A DNA stretch of 64,000 nt from positions 32,001-96,000 of the IMG/VR virus record IMGVR_UViG_3300020156_000448. One strand, given 5' to 3'. Below the pieces are notes generated by a model. That model did not search any database and was not told the origin of the DNA. It worked only from the letters and a program-made list of their open reading frames with translations. The position numbers and the translations under genes are program-made. Below, in pieces: positions 29,441-39,278 of the stretch (its first letter is position 1; the number at the start of each line of letters is the position of its first letter). Source of the stretch: a virus.

Positions 29441-30370
29441 TTAGTAAGCTTGGGCACCAAGTCCTATAATCTGATCTTGATTCAACTGCGCCTCATATAC
29501 AAACCCGCCTTTAGCTCTTCCAAGGCGATCTTGAGTAATACCCACAAGCAATCCGTTTCTGTTCGCTTTAACAACTGTGCCTCTTACAGGCATTCCATCT
29601 GCTTCGTACCATTCGAGGTTGCTACCAATAGTGATATCCAAGCCTCTAGCATCTTTATACGACAATTTAGATATATCTATGTAATCATCTTCTGTTTGCC
29701 ATTCAATTGAGCAATTTTCATTACGAGCAAACTTAATTAAGGGATCATTTGGATTAACTGTTGCCACTGTGCCAATTCCGCCTTCAGGTGTCCACTCATA
29801 CATGATGACATCATTTCTAGTAAAATTACCTGAAGCTGCAACTACAGCGTTCCAGGCGCTTCCATCCTCTAGATTGCCTTTAAGGGACGCATATACAGTT
29901 CCCTTATTATGCCAAATTCCGCCCTCTTCGCTAAGGTTCATACCTTTGTTTTTAATATATTCATATGTATTGGCAATGACATGCTGAAGCAATTCCTGAG
30001 AAACAAATCTGGAAGAACCACACTCGCAAGTAAATCCCTTTTGGAGATTTGCACGCTTGTAGTTATCTCCGCAACCTGCGCATTCAAACAATTTATCATT
30101 CTTATCTTCGTGAGCGCGTTTAATTTCATCTGTTGCAGTTACGGCAGTGCCACAATGATCGCATAGACCTTGACACTGATTAATTAAATAATCTTTAGTA
30201 AACATTTTACTGCAAGCTTCGCAAACGAAATCTGCATACTTAGACATCTCCGCTCTACTTTGCATCAAATTGGCTTCTCTGCGCTTATTAGCAAGCTTCT
30301 CGGTTAAGTCATTCAACCATGACCTGTCACCATCACGCTTATTTACAAGGCTATAATCATGGTGTTCCAT
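29441..30370 (-). CDS. hypothetical protein with two zinc ribbons
   Basis: CEAC..CDHC and CAGC..CEC; start moved to ATG 30370 (GGAGG RBS). Confidence 0.6.
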   Translation of the reverse strand: MEHHDYSLVNKRDGDRSWLNDLTEKLANKRREANLMQSRAEMSKYADFVCEACSKMFTKDYLINQCQGLCDHCGTAVTATDEIKRAHEDKNDKLFECAGCGDNYKRANLQKGFTCECGSSRFVSQELLQHVIANTYEYIKNKGMNLSEEGGIWHNKGTVYASLKGNLEDGSAWNAVVAASGNFTRNDVIMYEWTPEGGIGTVATVNPNDPLIKFARNENCSIEWQTEDDYIDISKLSYKDARGLDITIGSNLEWYEADGMPVRGTVVKANRNGLLVGITQDRLGRAKGGFVYEAQLNQDQIIGLGAQAY

Positions 30371-30402
30371 AGATTTTTCCTCCAGGTTTTTATGCAATAA
30401 AT

Positions 30403-30428
30403 CTTCAAATGATTTTTACTAAAGTCCT
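30403..30428 (-). promoter_or_regulatory. candidate SigH-type promoter at the start of the late block
   Basis: Minus strand AAAGGA-N18-GAAG, close to the sigma-H consensus AGGA-N17/18-GAAT. Confidence 0.5.
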
Positions 30429-30438
30429 TTTATTAGTA

Positions 30439-30759
30439 TTAAAATTCATTATCATACAATGCATTAGCTAAGTACTTATTTATAATCAACTTGGGCATTT
30501 CTGTTTCAATATGCCTTTTTATATTCTGTGAGAAGGTATAATTTCTAAGATCAGAGTTATATACACCGTCACAAAACAAAATATAGGAGTCATTTACCAA
30601 ATCTTCAAAATAAGATTCGACTTCGAACTTTACCACATTAATCATAATTATCTTTTTAATGATTGGAAAATAATGATCCCACAGCTTATTAATCGCATTA
30701 GTATCATTATCTTCTTGAGCTAAATATACAAGATAATTAAGATTCTTCTGGGAAAGCAT
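30439..30759 (-). CDS. truncated sigma-70 region-2-like protein
   Basis: LAQ..DTNAINKLWDHYFPIIKK...EDLVNDSYILF.....D....FSQ.I pattern; no region 4. Confidence 0.5.
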   Translation of the reverse strand: MLSQKNLNYLVYLAQEDNDTNAINKLWDHYFPIIKKIIMINVVKFEVESYFEDLVNDSYILFCDGVYNSDLRNYTFSQNIKRHIETEMPKLIINKYLANALYDNEF

Positions 30760-31279
30760 CCTTTACCACATCCTTAAGAGCTTGCAGGTCTATGGAGCCA
30801 TATCTCTTTATTCCCCAAAATAATAAGCCTAGTGCATCGGCTTCATCTTCGCTCTCAATTTTCTTATTAAAATTAGTCTTTGCAGCCGCAATCATATCTT
30901 GCTTAGAAGCGCCACCATCTCCTGTTGCAGACAATTTAATTGTTGTTGGAGATATTCCCTGATATAAAATATTATTAACTGTACAGAATCGTTTTACAAT
31001 CCCTTGAAGTTCACCTTGCACTATTAGTGCACGAGACTGGGTTTTACTTCCCTTACTTCGAGCGCATTCAAATAAAACCAGATCAATGCCTAGCTCCAGC
31101 ATTTCGTTAAGGTTAGCTTCCATTCTAAGAAGGCGCATGTCCTTACTTTCATCTAATTTTATCTTACCGCAATCCCACGCTCCGCTTTTGACTTTCTTAG
31201 GACTAGCTGAATCCCAATATGCCCAACCCGTGGTCGATGCAACATCTAAACATAGAAGCTTCAATATAATATCCCTCAC
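30737..31279 (-). CDS. ruvC: RuvC-like Holliday junction resolvase
   Basis: LCLDVASTTGWA, LFE, SPTTIK.SATG.G.ASKQDM, EDEADALG. Confidence 0.82.
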   Translation of the reverse strand: MRDIILKLLCLDVASTTGWAYWDSASPKKVKSGAWDCGKIKLDESKDMRLLRMEANLNEMLELGIDLVLFECARSKGSKTQSRALIVQGELQGIVKRFCTVNNILYQGISPTTIKLSATGDGGASKQDMIAAAKTNFNKKIESEDEADALGLLFWGIKRYGSIDLQALKDVVKDAFPEES

Positions 31280-31332
31280 TAATAGTGTATATAGATATTA
31301 TACTATATTTTTACTGCATTAGACCTATTTGA

Positions 31333-31620
31333 TTAATCTTCTGGCTCTTTAACTCTGAGTGTCCATTTATAAATCGAGCCATAATCACAGGTATCGCATC
31401 CATGACTATGTTCTCTATCAGGCTCTTCAAAATCGGCAGTTTTAAATAACTGCGATAATGCAATAATTGTTTTTGTCTTAAGCGGACAATATTCATACAT
31501 TCTTTGTGCAGATATTGTTACATAACCATTATCTCTAATAATTTTTAATTCGGTGGATTCAATGTCGTAACTATGTAAACCGTCAAAAATGATATTTTTT
31601 ATTTGTTCGTCAGTAATCAT
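31333..31620 (-). CDS. hypothetical protein
   Basis: ORF fills the gap in an operon; contains GCDTCDYG. Confidence 0.55.
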   Translation of the reverse strand: MITDEQIKNIIFDGLHSYDIESTELKIIRDNGYVTISAQRMYEYCPLKTKTIIALSQLFKTADFEEPDREHSHGCDTCDYGSIYKWTLRVKEPED

Positions 31621-31631
31621 CTTATTTCTTT

Positions 31632-32708
31632 CTAATTTAATAATAGAGAATGCTGTTGTTGACCATAAAACATAAACAAAAACTCAAGCAATAACTGATA
31701 TCGGCGTTCATTGGAAAGATTTTCTTTTCTTCCTAAAAGCTGAGCGTCACCCAAAAACCTATACATTAAGACAAGTTGATCCATTTGCTTTGATCTAGCC
31801 ACGTTGCACGCAATTTTTAACACAAAAGGGTGGGGTGGGGTGATTCCTTCCTGCCCATATTCAATTGCATCTTGCTTTATTGCATCTCTAATTGAAGTTG
31901 CGTCATGATATCCAATATCCATATACTTCTTCATTAAAATCCATGTTCTAGCCTTGATTAATAAATTATGAAATATTAACTCTGGATGGACTTCACGCTC
32001 TCGAATTAGAGCATTTAAAATTGTTAGACTTTTGTTGAAATTACCGTCCTCAAGAGAGGAGATGAAACTAAAAATAGAAACGTCAGAAACGTCAGGAATC
32101 AGAATTTCAACATCAGAAACTGAGATGGGTCTAGATACGGAATTATAACATAGCCTTAATTTTTCTAATTCTGAAACCAGTACGCCTATATTATATTTAC
32201 AGCGTCTCAATAAAAAAGATACAACTATATTACTCTCAAACACAATCCCTAAATTATTAATTCTGTCACCAACCCATGACTCGGCAAAATCGACAGCTTC
32301 TCCATTTAGTTTTCCATACTCATTTATTGGAGAAACACATTCTATAGATTGTCCTTCTTTATTGAAAGCCTTATAGAACTTCGTAGTTTTTTCAACTGAA
32401 TCAGAACTAACTATAAAATATAGATTCTTATTTTTAGAGATGGTTTCAAGCGCTTTTACTATTAGTTCTTTTTGAGAAGAAGTAGGATTGGAAAGAAGCA
32501 CAATCCTCTTTCCTCCCAATCCCATAGATCGAAATAAGTTGATTAATATTTCATCTTCTATTTCTTTACCTTCAATTCTTCTCTTTACAAGATTGTTATC
32601 TCCAGATAAATTTTTAATTAAATCATCCTTACAAACTTGCATCAACAGCGGATCGCCATGAACTAAAAAATAGTTTTTAGTTCCATGTTCCATATGGTTC
32701 AATACCAA
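31632..32708 (-). CDS. holA: DNA polymerase III delta subunit (clamp loader)
   Basis: YFLVHGD..L, ..SELEKL.L, I...DVE.L......SIF.F...L..G pattern typical of HolA; true start probably ATG near 32693. Confidence 0.72.
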   Translation of the reverse strand: MVLNHMEHGTKNYFLVHGDPLLMQVCKDDLIKNLSGDNNLVKRRIEGKEIEDEILINLFRSMGLGGKRIVLLSNPTSSQKELIVKALETISKNKNLYFIVSSDSVEKTTKFYKAFNKEGQSIECVSPINEYGKLNGEAVDFAESWVGDRINNLGIVFESNIVVSFLLRRCKYNIGVLVSELEKLRLCYNSVSRPISVSDVEILIPDVSDVSIFSFISSLEDGNFNKSLTILNALIREREVHPELIFHNLLIKARTWILMKKYMDIGYHDATSIRDAIKQDAIEYGQEGITPPHPFVLKIACNVARSKQMDQLVLMYRFLGDAQLLGRKENLSNERRYQLLLEFLFMFYGQQQHSLLLN

Positions 32709-33513
32709 CCTCTACTAACTTGCGGTGCTGAATCCAGCCACCTGAAAAGTTTCCTGATTTCGTATCTTCAGTATAAGCCATTGCTTGATGCTCAAATGGT
32801 GAAGCATGCTGGGGTTCACTAGCCATAAGGCGCTTGCAGATATTTAAGTCTTGTTCCCATTTAGAGCGTTGTCCGTCATGATAATAATAAGATACTCTAG
32901 CACATCTACCAGCACTGATTCTCACTTTCTCAATCACTTCTAATTCTTCTTCATCAGGCAAAATGTAAGGAATATGCCACTCTCCAGGATGAAGCACCTG
33001 AGGAACACTTTGATCATACAAGATATGCATTTTACGAGCAATATCACTTATCTCTGGCTGTGCATCAGCATGATCTCTTAGCTTAAAAAAGTTTTCAAAA
33101 TCAGTAGCAGTTACTACGACATTAGCTGCAAGCCAAGGTTCGATCAATCTATTGCATACTTGTTTATGCAATCCAATTTTCTCTAAAGTCCAATGACTTA
33201 AACATACTGCCCTAGAGGTTAGTTTCCAGATAAGCTTTGCAATAATTAAGTGGATTCCACTCAACTCTTCTTGCGCCTGCATACCCTTTTGGTTCTTACC
33301 CCAATGAACAGGCATAAAAGGCGTTTTAAGCACCATTTCTCGCATCTTCTTAGCTGGAACGGCTCTAGAGCTTGCTGCGTTTCTAGAAAACTGTCTATGC
33401 GTATTCCATTCAGCAAGTAAAAGCTTCCAAAGACTCACCTGAAAGGTGGTGATTCTTTTGCCAGTGACTGAATTAATTGAGTCACAAATAATTTTAACGT
33501 CATCAAAATCCAA
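32677..33513 (-). CDS. thyX: FAD-dependent thymidylate synthase (phage type)
   Basis: EWNTHRQFSRNAASSRAVP, HKQV.NRL.EP, FF.LRDH.DAQPEI, S.GRCARVSY, HASPFEHQA. Confidence 0.85.
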   Translation of the reverse strand: MDFDDVKIICDSINSVTGKRITTFQVSLWKLLLAEWNTHRQFSRNAASSRAVPAKKMREMVLKTPFMPVHWGKNQKGMQAQEELSGIHLIIAKLIWKLTSRAVCLSHWTLEKIGLHKQVCNRLIEPWLAANVVVTATDFENFFKLRDHADAQPEISDIARKMHILYDQSVPQVLHPGEWHIPYILPDEEELEVIEKVRISAGRCARVSYYYHDGQRSKWEQDLNICKRLMASEPQHASPFEHQAMAYTEDTKSGNFSGGWIQHRKLVEVGIEPYGTWN

Positions 33514-33530
33514 ACTAATATTCTCCTATC

Positions 33531-33547
33531 TTGTATACATGTATATA
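33531..33547. promoter_or_regulatory. tandem TGTATAYA boxes upstream of thyX
   Basis: TTGTATACATGTATATA in the intergenic gap; the same core occurs at 49762 and 63776. Confidence 0.45.
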
Positions 33548-33549
33548 AC

Positions 33550-35658
33550 TTATTTATTTGACATATCTTGCTTGAAGTCTTTTATTAAATTCAAAAAGCA
33601 ATCACCATAGCTAGGCTCTTTGTCATAATCATCGCCTTCGTGATTTGTAATATATGGTTCAATTTGAGAATCCTCGTACCATTCATTATAACTTGTTACG
33701 AGAAGAACCTTTTGGTTTCCATAAAAGAATTGTTTTGCCCATTGGTAGTAAGATTTAAAAAATTCACCATCTTCAGCGGCTATAGGATAATGATTTTTAA
33801 TGCTGCGGACAGCCGAATCATCATACCTCGGCATAATCGTAGGAGCTACAAGAGTCGCCGCATCTTTTGCCAATTGCAGAAAGTCTCTATATGGAGTATT
33901 TATAAATTCTAAATAGTTTTTACCAGTATAGAAATTATTTTCACAAACATCTCCAGGAATATACATATTATATCCATATATTGCATCTAGATTTAAAAGC
34001 CTGTTTAAGGCATTGGGTTTTTTGTCCCACCATATTTCATCTCCAAATATATATAAATCTGGTATTCCTGATTCTGCCGCTAGTTTTCTAATCGATACAA
34101 CTTCTTCTAAGCTTCCTTGGATTGCCCTTGATGCATAGAAAAATATCACAGGCTTCTCATCCATCCTAAACCATATGCTATCTCCCAAGAGAGGAGATAA
34201 AAATCTAAAGGCTTTCTTAAAATGTTCATAGAAATTATTATTAACGTTTACGGGATCGCCAAATACGTTTGTAAGTTCATAATGAACGCAAATTTTAAAA
34301 TCTTTTTTCTTGGCGGCAGCAGCCATGACACTTAAAAAGTAATTACTGTATTCTGAACCATCATATGATACAATAAAGAAGTTAATTCCAGAACTAGAAG
34401 CCTGATCAATATGAGCTTCAATCGTGCGCTCATCAAGACTGCGATACCAACCTAATTCTGGACTCCCTCCATACTTCTTATACCTTGCACACGAAGCTCT
34501 CCAATCATTTTCCTTATACCAGCCGTAGTAAAAAGCGCCAACAAGATTCCCTGTTGGCGCTTCACTAAAATCTTCACGTACTCGTCTGGTTCGATAGAGA
34601 TATTTTACTTTAACGCTTCGTTGCAAGGCGTCATTAAATACGCCTAAATGATTTTGTAGTACATTAATTCCATTTATATGCACACCATATACATCTATGT
34701 GAATTCTGTCAAAAGTAGAAGATTTAAAATGGGATAGTGGAATTTCACTCCAACTATTAGTTTCACGCATATGAATACCAATGTGATAACTATTTTTGTT
34801 AGATATATGCATCACAGGTTCGTTATGTTCGTTTAGAAGATATACTATTGGATCATCATGAGAAGTGTCCACAGTCTCATAAGCGAATCCAGAAAACATA
34901 TCAACTTCTTTATATGAGTTTTCCACTGGCAACTTGTATCCTTCCATGCCTCCCACATCTGCATGAGTTACTTTTAAATTCATTAACCCATACAACTTAA
35001 AACCTTTATCTCTTGCCGATTGAGAGAAAGCTATTCCATCTGGAATGTCTTCATCAGCTTCAAAATAATTACATCCTGCTTCGATTACTTCTCGCTTACA
35101 AAAGAAAGCTCCATCAACACAAGAAAGCTCTAAGATAGAATCATTTGGATTTTTTTCAGCAAGCTCTTTGAAATTCAAACCTTCATGTCCGCTGGTGAGG
35201 TCATATAGAACATCATTTGGAAGATAGGTAGGTGCCATCATAATATGCTTATCATGAGATAAAGCAACATTAATGAAATCTTGTGGAATTTCAGTAAAAT
35301 CACTATCTATAATCCAATAGTAATCTTCGTAGCCGTAATGATTACTCATTACATGCTGGCGCAACGTCTTAAACGCTTTGCATCTCTCTGCCTGAACCTC
35401 TGGAATATGGCGCTTCTCATGAAGAAGGTGAAAGCCGATGTCTTTCTTTTCAAATACAACTCGCTTATATCCCTTGAGAGAAGGTAATATATCTGAGACA
35501 ATATACTCATATGATCCATCAACGCTATCGTTTTCCAATATGGATAAAGATATTAATTGTCTTGGATAGTCAAGTTTATTAATTTGATCAAATAAATTAC
35601 GAAGATATTTTTTGGTATTCTTTACCTGAACACAAATAAATACTGTTTTGCCCGACAT
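33550..35658 (-). CDS. glycosyltransferase (GT-A/GT2, Anp1-like) fused to a GH99-like endo-mannosidase domain
   Basis: N-terminal LENDSVDGS and WIIDSD (DxD); C-terminal AFYYGWY, PELGWY.S.D, MPRYDDS.VR, VTSYNEWYEDSQIEP (GH99 ExxE catalytic pair). Confidence 0.8.
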   Translation of the reverse strand: MSGKTVFICVQVKNTKKYLRNLFDQINKLDYPRQLISLSILENDSVDGSYEYIVSDILPSLKGYKRVVFEKKDIGFHLLHEKRHIPEVQAERCKAFKTLRQHVMSNHYGYEDYYWIIDSDFTEIPQDFINVALSHDKHIMMAPTYLPNDVLYDLTSGHEGLNFKELAEKNPNDSILELSCVDGAFFCKREVIEAGCNYFEADEDIPDGIAFSQSARDKGFKLYGLMNLKVTHADVGGMEGYKLPVENSYKEVDMFSGFAYETVDTSHDDPIVYLLNEHNEPVMHISNKNSYHIGIHMRETNSWSEIPLSHFKSSTFDRIHIDVYGVHINGINVLQNHLGVFNDALQRSVKVKYLYRTRRVREDFSEAPTGNLVGAFYYGWYKENDWRASCARYKKYGGSPELGWYRSLDERTIEAHIDQASSSGINFFIVSYDGSEYSNYFLSVMAAAAKKKDFKICVHYELTNVFGDPVNVNNNFYEHFKKAFRFLSPLLGDSIWFRMDEKPVIFFYASRAIQGSLEEVVSIRKLAAESGIPDLYIFGDEIWWDKKPNALNRLLNLDAIYGYNMYIPGDVCENNFYTGKNYLEFINTPYRDFLQLAKDAATLVAPTIMPRYDDSAVRSIKNHYPIAAEDGEFFKSYYQWAKQFFYGNQKVLLVTSYNEWYEDSQIEPYITNHEGDDYDKEPSYGDCFLNLIKDFKQDMSNK

Positions 35659-35661
35659 TTA

Positions 35662-36816
35662 CTAAGCCTCGCTTAAAAGTCCTACTAAACTGGCGAATGA
35701 ATTATCCATAATGATTTTAAGAGGAGCTTCGCCATTTAAATCAAAGAATATTTCTACGTCTTCGCCTTCAACATTGTTTAACACATCAAGAATATATTGG
35801 GTATTAGTAGCAAAACTAGCTGTTCCGTTTATGCTCGCTGGAATCATCTCGTCGCCGCCTCCAACTGCTCCATAATCACCGAAACGAGCATCTGATCCAA
35901 GAGAAAGAGTTTGTTCATCTCCATTGAAAATCCATGAAGAAACAGGGGAAGAGTTCATGGTATTCTTTAGTGCAGATACAAGATCATCTTTGTTGACTGT
36001 AGCTCCGTTTGCGTACTCTCTATTGATATTAGTTTTCCAGTCAGGATAATTGGCAGCTAACTGGCGAGAATAAAACTTCATCATGGACTGCTTTACCATA
36101 ATAATTTTTCCATCAGTAGCTATTTCTAAAGGGTTAATATCATCAAGCAGAGATATCATTTCTTTTGCCCAAGCATTAAAGAAATAAAATACTCCATCTC
36201 CTTCCAAATAGCCAGGGGTGCCAATAGTGAAAGCAATTCTCTCTTCGTCACTTCCTACAGCGCATAATTCTCCATTAAAAGATTCAATTTTAATATTAGT
36301 TAACTCTAACTGATCTTGTTGCTTATAGGTAGCAAACTCGGTTTTCTTAATTACCTTTTTAAAAAAAGAAGGCTCCATCTTTACGACTTTAATTTCATCG
36401 GAGAATCTAAAATCCCCCATTAAGAAACCCTCTACATTACTGCAAGGAACCCAATAAGAAAGCTTCCTGCCATTACCTTTAGCAGCCTCAAGAACAAAGC
36501 GCTGGCTTATCAATTCCCCTTGTTGCTTCTCTTCAGCAAGAGAAACTTCAATGTTGGTATCGGGATAGCCTTTTATAAGATCAACCAGCTTTTGTCCCAA
36601 AACGCAACAAGAACCATTTTCCTCAATGGTAAGATAATTACCTATAGGTATAGTATAGTCTATCTTAATGTTCATATCGGTTGCTACCATGCGAAGACCT
36701 TCTGCGGTAGCTTCATGATAGATAAACCTGTAAATGCTATCTTCAGTACGGTGGAGTGCTCGACGCATTTTGTCGAGCACTCCACTATATACTGACTTAT
36801 CAATGATAAACCGCAT
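35662..36816 (-). CDS. dnaN: DNA polymerase III beta sliding clamp
   Basis: VATDM, I.KT.FA, GSDEERIA (ATDG.RLA-like), SRQLAANYPDWK, N.QYILDVL; about 380 aa. Confidence 0.85.
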   Translation of the reverse strand: MRFIIDKSVYSGVLDKMRRALHRTEDSIYRFIYHEATAEGLRMVATDMNIKIDYTIPIGNYLTIEENGSCCVLGQKLVDLIKGYPDTNIEVSLAEEKQQGELISQRFVLEAAKGNGRKLSYWVPCSNVEGFLMGDFRFSDEIKVVKMEPSFFKKVIKKTEFATYKQQDQLELTNIKIESFNGELCAVGSDEERIAFTIGTPGYLEGDGVFYFFNAWAKEMISLLDDINPLEIATDGKIIMVKQSMMKFYSRQLAANYPDWKTNINREYANGATVNKDDLVSALKNTMNSSPVSSWIFNGDEQTLSLGSDARFGDYGAVGGGDEMIPASINGTASFATNTQYILDVLNNVEGEDVEIFFDLNGEAPLKIIMDNSFASLVGLLSEA

Positions 36817-37316
36817 TACTCACCCACATCAATTTGAACACTTGCCATCTGGAAAACGTTCGTTAAGTATTCAATTCTATCCTCTACTGCACTAATGGTC
36901 TCATTAAGAACAGAGGGATCAAAGTTTGGTTCTATTTCAACATCATTAATAGGCTCATTGCTAAAAGAATCGTAATAATCATTTCGAACCCTCTTGAGGC
37001 GCGAAATAAAAGCAATATTAGCATCTAGCGTAAGCTTAACTTCTTTTAATGTTACTCTCTTAGCTTCACCATCGTTAGCATCTTCAATATCTACAAGGTT
37101 GGACAATAAGGCTCGCTCAGCAAGAACGAGTAAATCTGTCTTTTCTTTTGAAAGTTCTAAATACTCACCCTGTAAATCCTCAAAGCTAATTTCTGGATTG
37201 CTTCCCTTAGCTACAAACGCCAGTTTGTCTGCGACATAGGTATTATCTGCTATTTTATCTTCTATATTTTGCAGTCTAATATAAAGTTGATTTAAAGTCA
37301 TTTTACTGTTCACCAA
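36816..37316 (-). CDS. hypothetical coiled-coil protein (possibly DIP1984-like)
   Basis: MTL.Q...RLQ.IE.KI... helical pattern; family call tentative. Confidence 0.45.
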   Translation of the reverse strand: MVNSKMTLNQLYIRLQNIEDKIADNTYVADKLAFVAKGSNPEISFEDLQGEYLELSKEKTDLLVLAERALLSNLVDIEDANDGEAKRVTLKEVKLTLDANIAFISRLKRVRNDYYDSFSNEPINDVEIEPNFDPSVLNETISAVEDRIEYLTNVFQMASVQIDVGE

Positions 37317-37896
37317 TTTTTGTAATTTGTTTATCGATGAGCTTGTATTCTACGGCGTCCAAACTACTTAACCAATAATCTCTTTCACAGTCGGCATGAA
37401 TTTTTTCATAAGGCTGACCGCTGTGATGAGACATAATCTGATAAAGACGTTCTTTAAGTCTAAGCATTTCTTTCAAATCAATTTCTGCATCTGTGGCAAC
37501 GCCTCTAAAGCCGCCGCGAGGCTGATGGATCATAATTCTGCTGTTCGGCATTCCGAACCTTTTGCCAGCAGCACCAGCCGATAGCAATACCGCAGCCATA
37601 GAAGCAGCCTGACCGATACATACAGTAGATACATCTGATTTAATAGCCTGCATTACATCATAAATAGCAAGACCTGCGGTAATCACACCACCTGGACTAT
37701 TAATGTATAGATAAATATCTTTTCCTGGAGCATCTGCATCTAAGAAAAGCAACTGTGCTACAATAGAATTTGCTAGATGATCATCGATAGGATCGCTTAA
37801 CATAATGATTCTATCTTTTAAAAGTCTGCTATAAATGTCATAGCTACGCTCAGAGCGTTCAGTTTTTTCAATTACGAAAGGAATTGCGTTTCTCAC
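37303..37896 (-). CDS. clpP: ATP-dependent Clp protease proteolytic subunit
   Basis: [25 protein letters not shown] (Ser), MIHQP (His), ERD (Asp). Confidence 0.97.
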   Translation of the reverse strand: MRNAIPFVIEKTERSERSYDIYSRLLKDRIIMLSDPIDDHLANSIVAQLLFLDADAPGKDIYLYINSPGGVITAGLAIYDVMQAIKSDVSTVCIGQAASMAAVLLSAGAAGKRFGMPNSRIMIHQPRGGFRGVATDAEIDLKEMLRLKERLYQIMSHHSGQPYEKIHADCERDYWLSSLDAVEYKLIDKQITKIGEQ

Positions 37897-37908
37897 TATA
37901 TCCCACTT

Positions 37909-38904
37909 CTATCTGTTTAAATAATCATGAACCTGTCTCTCGAAAGTAGAAAGCTCATATTGTTCTACCTCGTTCAGTGCTACTAAATTCAATTCTTTTC
38001 TCAAAGAATTAATAATATCAGCTAATTTGATATTTGTAGATTTAAAGCCAGCGGCTCCACGGTGTCCTCCACCGCCCATTCTAGTAGCGAATTTAGCTAA
38101 GTCCAGATCGTCGAGAGAAGTTTTTAGCGAAATATTACCACTTTTATGATAGTATATAATAGCAGAGCAATAGTTGGATAAAACGGAAACTAAATGTTGA
38201 CTATCTAACTTATAAGTTGGATCATAAGCCACACATATTTGACTATCATTATCCCAATAAACCTTCACGTTCTTAAATGCGTCCCATTCTTTTTTGGAAC
38301 CCTGAACAGCAGTTTGCGTTACCAAATATTGAAGGCGTTCGTTCGTTATATCAACTTGGGATATCGCTTGGGCTGATTCTAATCCCCAATATTGCAATCC
38401 AAGCGTATCTTTAATTATTCCTAATGCAAGTACATCATTTTTTAGTCTAAAGCTATTTACTAAAATAGAGCAGGTTGAGCCTGCTAATTCGAGATGCGTA
38501 GTGTGGTTAGGATTTCCCATTCTTATTACTGGGCTGGATGTGGTAACATCTGGGAAAGTTTCCCTAATCCTATGAATATGATGATCGATATTATATACGA
38601 AATGCCTATTTAAATCAATAGGGAAACCTGTCCTATTAGGAGAAGGCTCACAATCTACTACATACAACAACTTTACTGATTGACAAAATGGATGTTTAGG
38701 CGTGGTGATAATTAAATCTTTATTTTCATCAACTAAAAAAGCAAGGTTCTTAGGGTGGTTAGGAAGAAAAATATATGCTTTCTTGCCTTGGGATATTAGA
38801 TGTTTCGCAATTGCAATTGATGAACATAAGCAATCTGCATCAGGAGATAAATGACCCATGATTAGCGCATCATCTTCCTTTAAATCGTACTTATAAAAAC
38901 TCAT
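37909..38904 (-). CDS. DHH/DHHA1 phosphoesterase (NrnA-like)
   Basis: GH.SPDAD, VVDC, IDHH, GII.DT, GGGHRGAAG. Confidence 0.88.
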   Translation of the reverse strand: MSFYKYDLKEDDALIMGHLSPDADCLCSSIAIAKHLISQGKKAYIFLPNHPKNLAFLVDENKDLIITTPKHPFCQSVKLLYVVDCEPSPNRTGFPIDLNRHFVYNIDHHIHRIRETFPDVTTSSPVIRMGNPNHTTHLELAGSTCSILVNSFRLKNDVLALGIIKDTLGLQYWGLESAQAISQVDITNERLQYLVTQTAVQGSKKEWDAFKNVKVYWDNDSQICVAYDPTYKLDSQHLVSVLSNYCSAIIYYHKSGNISLKTSLDDLDLAKFATRMGGGGHRGAAGFKSTNIKLADIINSLRKELNLVALNEVEQYELSTFERQVHDYLNR

Positions 38905-38912
38905 TAAACTTC

Positions 38913-39275
38913 CTATTCTGGCAAGATCACCTGCATGCCGAATCGTAGCAACTTTTCATCAGAAATTCGATTACCTCCACAAACCCACTCGCCTTGGAGT
39001 CTGCCGCATTTATCACAATGGTTTCTCAATCCCATTTTCTGTCCACTGCTAGCCATCTTGCTCAAAAATTGAGATTGTTGAAATGTAAATTTTCTGGCTT
39101 CCAAATCTGCCGTAATTAAATTAGTGACCTTTTTAACAACTTCTCTAACATCAAAATCACCATCAAACTCATCCAGAGCGTCTGCTAAAGTGTATTCTTC
39201 GCCGTTGATATCGATGCTAATTTCAGCTAATTGATCTTCAATTATTTTACCAATCTGCTGGGATAAGCGCTTCAT
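38913..39275 (-). CDS. hypothetical protein
   Basis: Operonic ORF; CDKC near the C-terminus. Confidence 0.55.
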   Translation of the reverse strand: MKRLSQQIGKIIEDQLAEISIDINGEEYTLADALDEFDGDFDVREVVKKVTNLITADLEARKFTFQQSQFLSKMASSGQKMGLRNHCDKCGRLQGEWVCGGNRISDEKLLRFGMQVILPE

Positions 39276-39278
39276 GTA

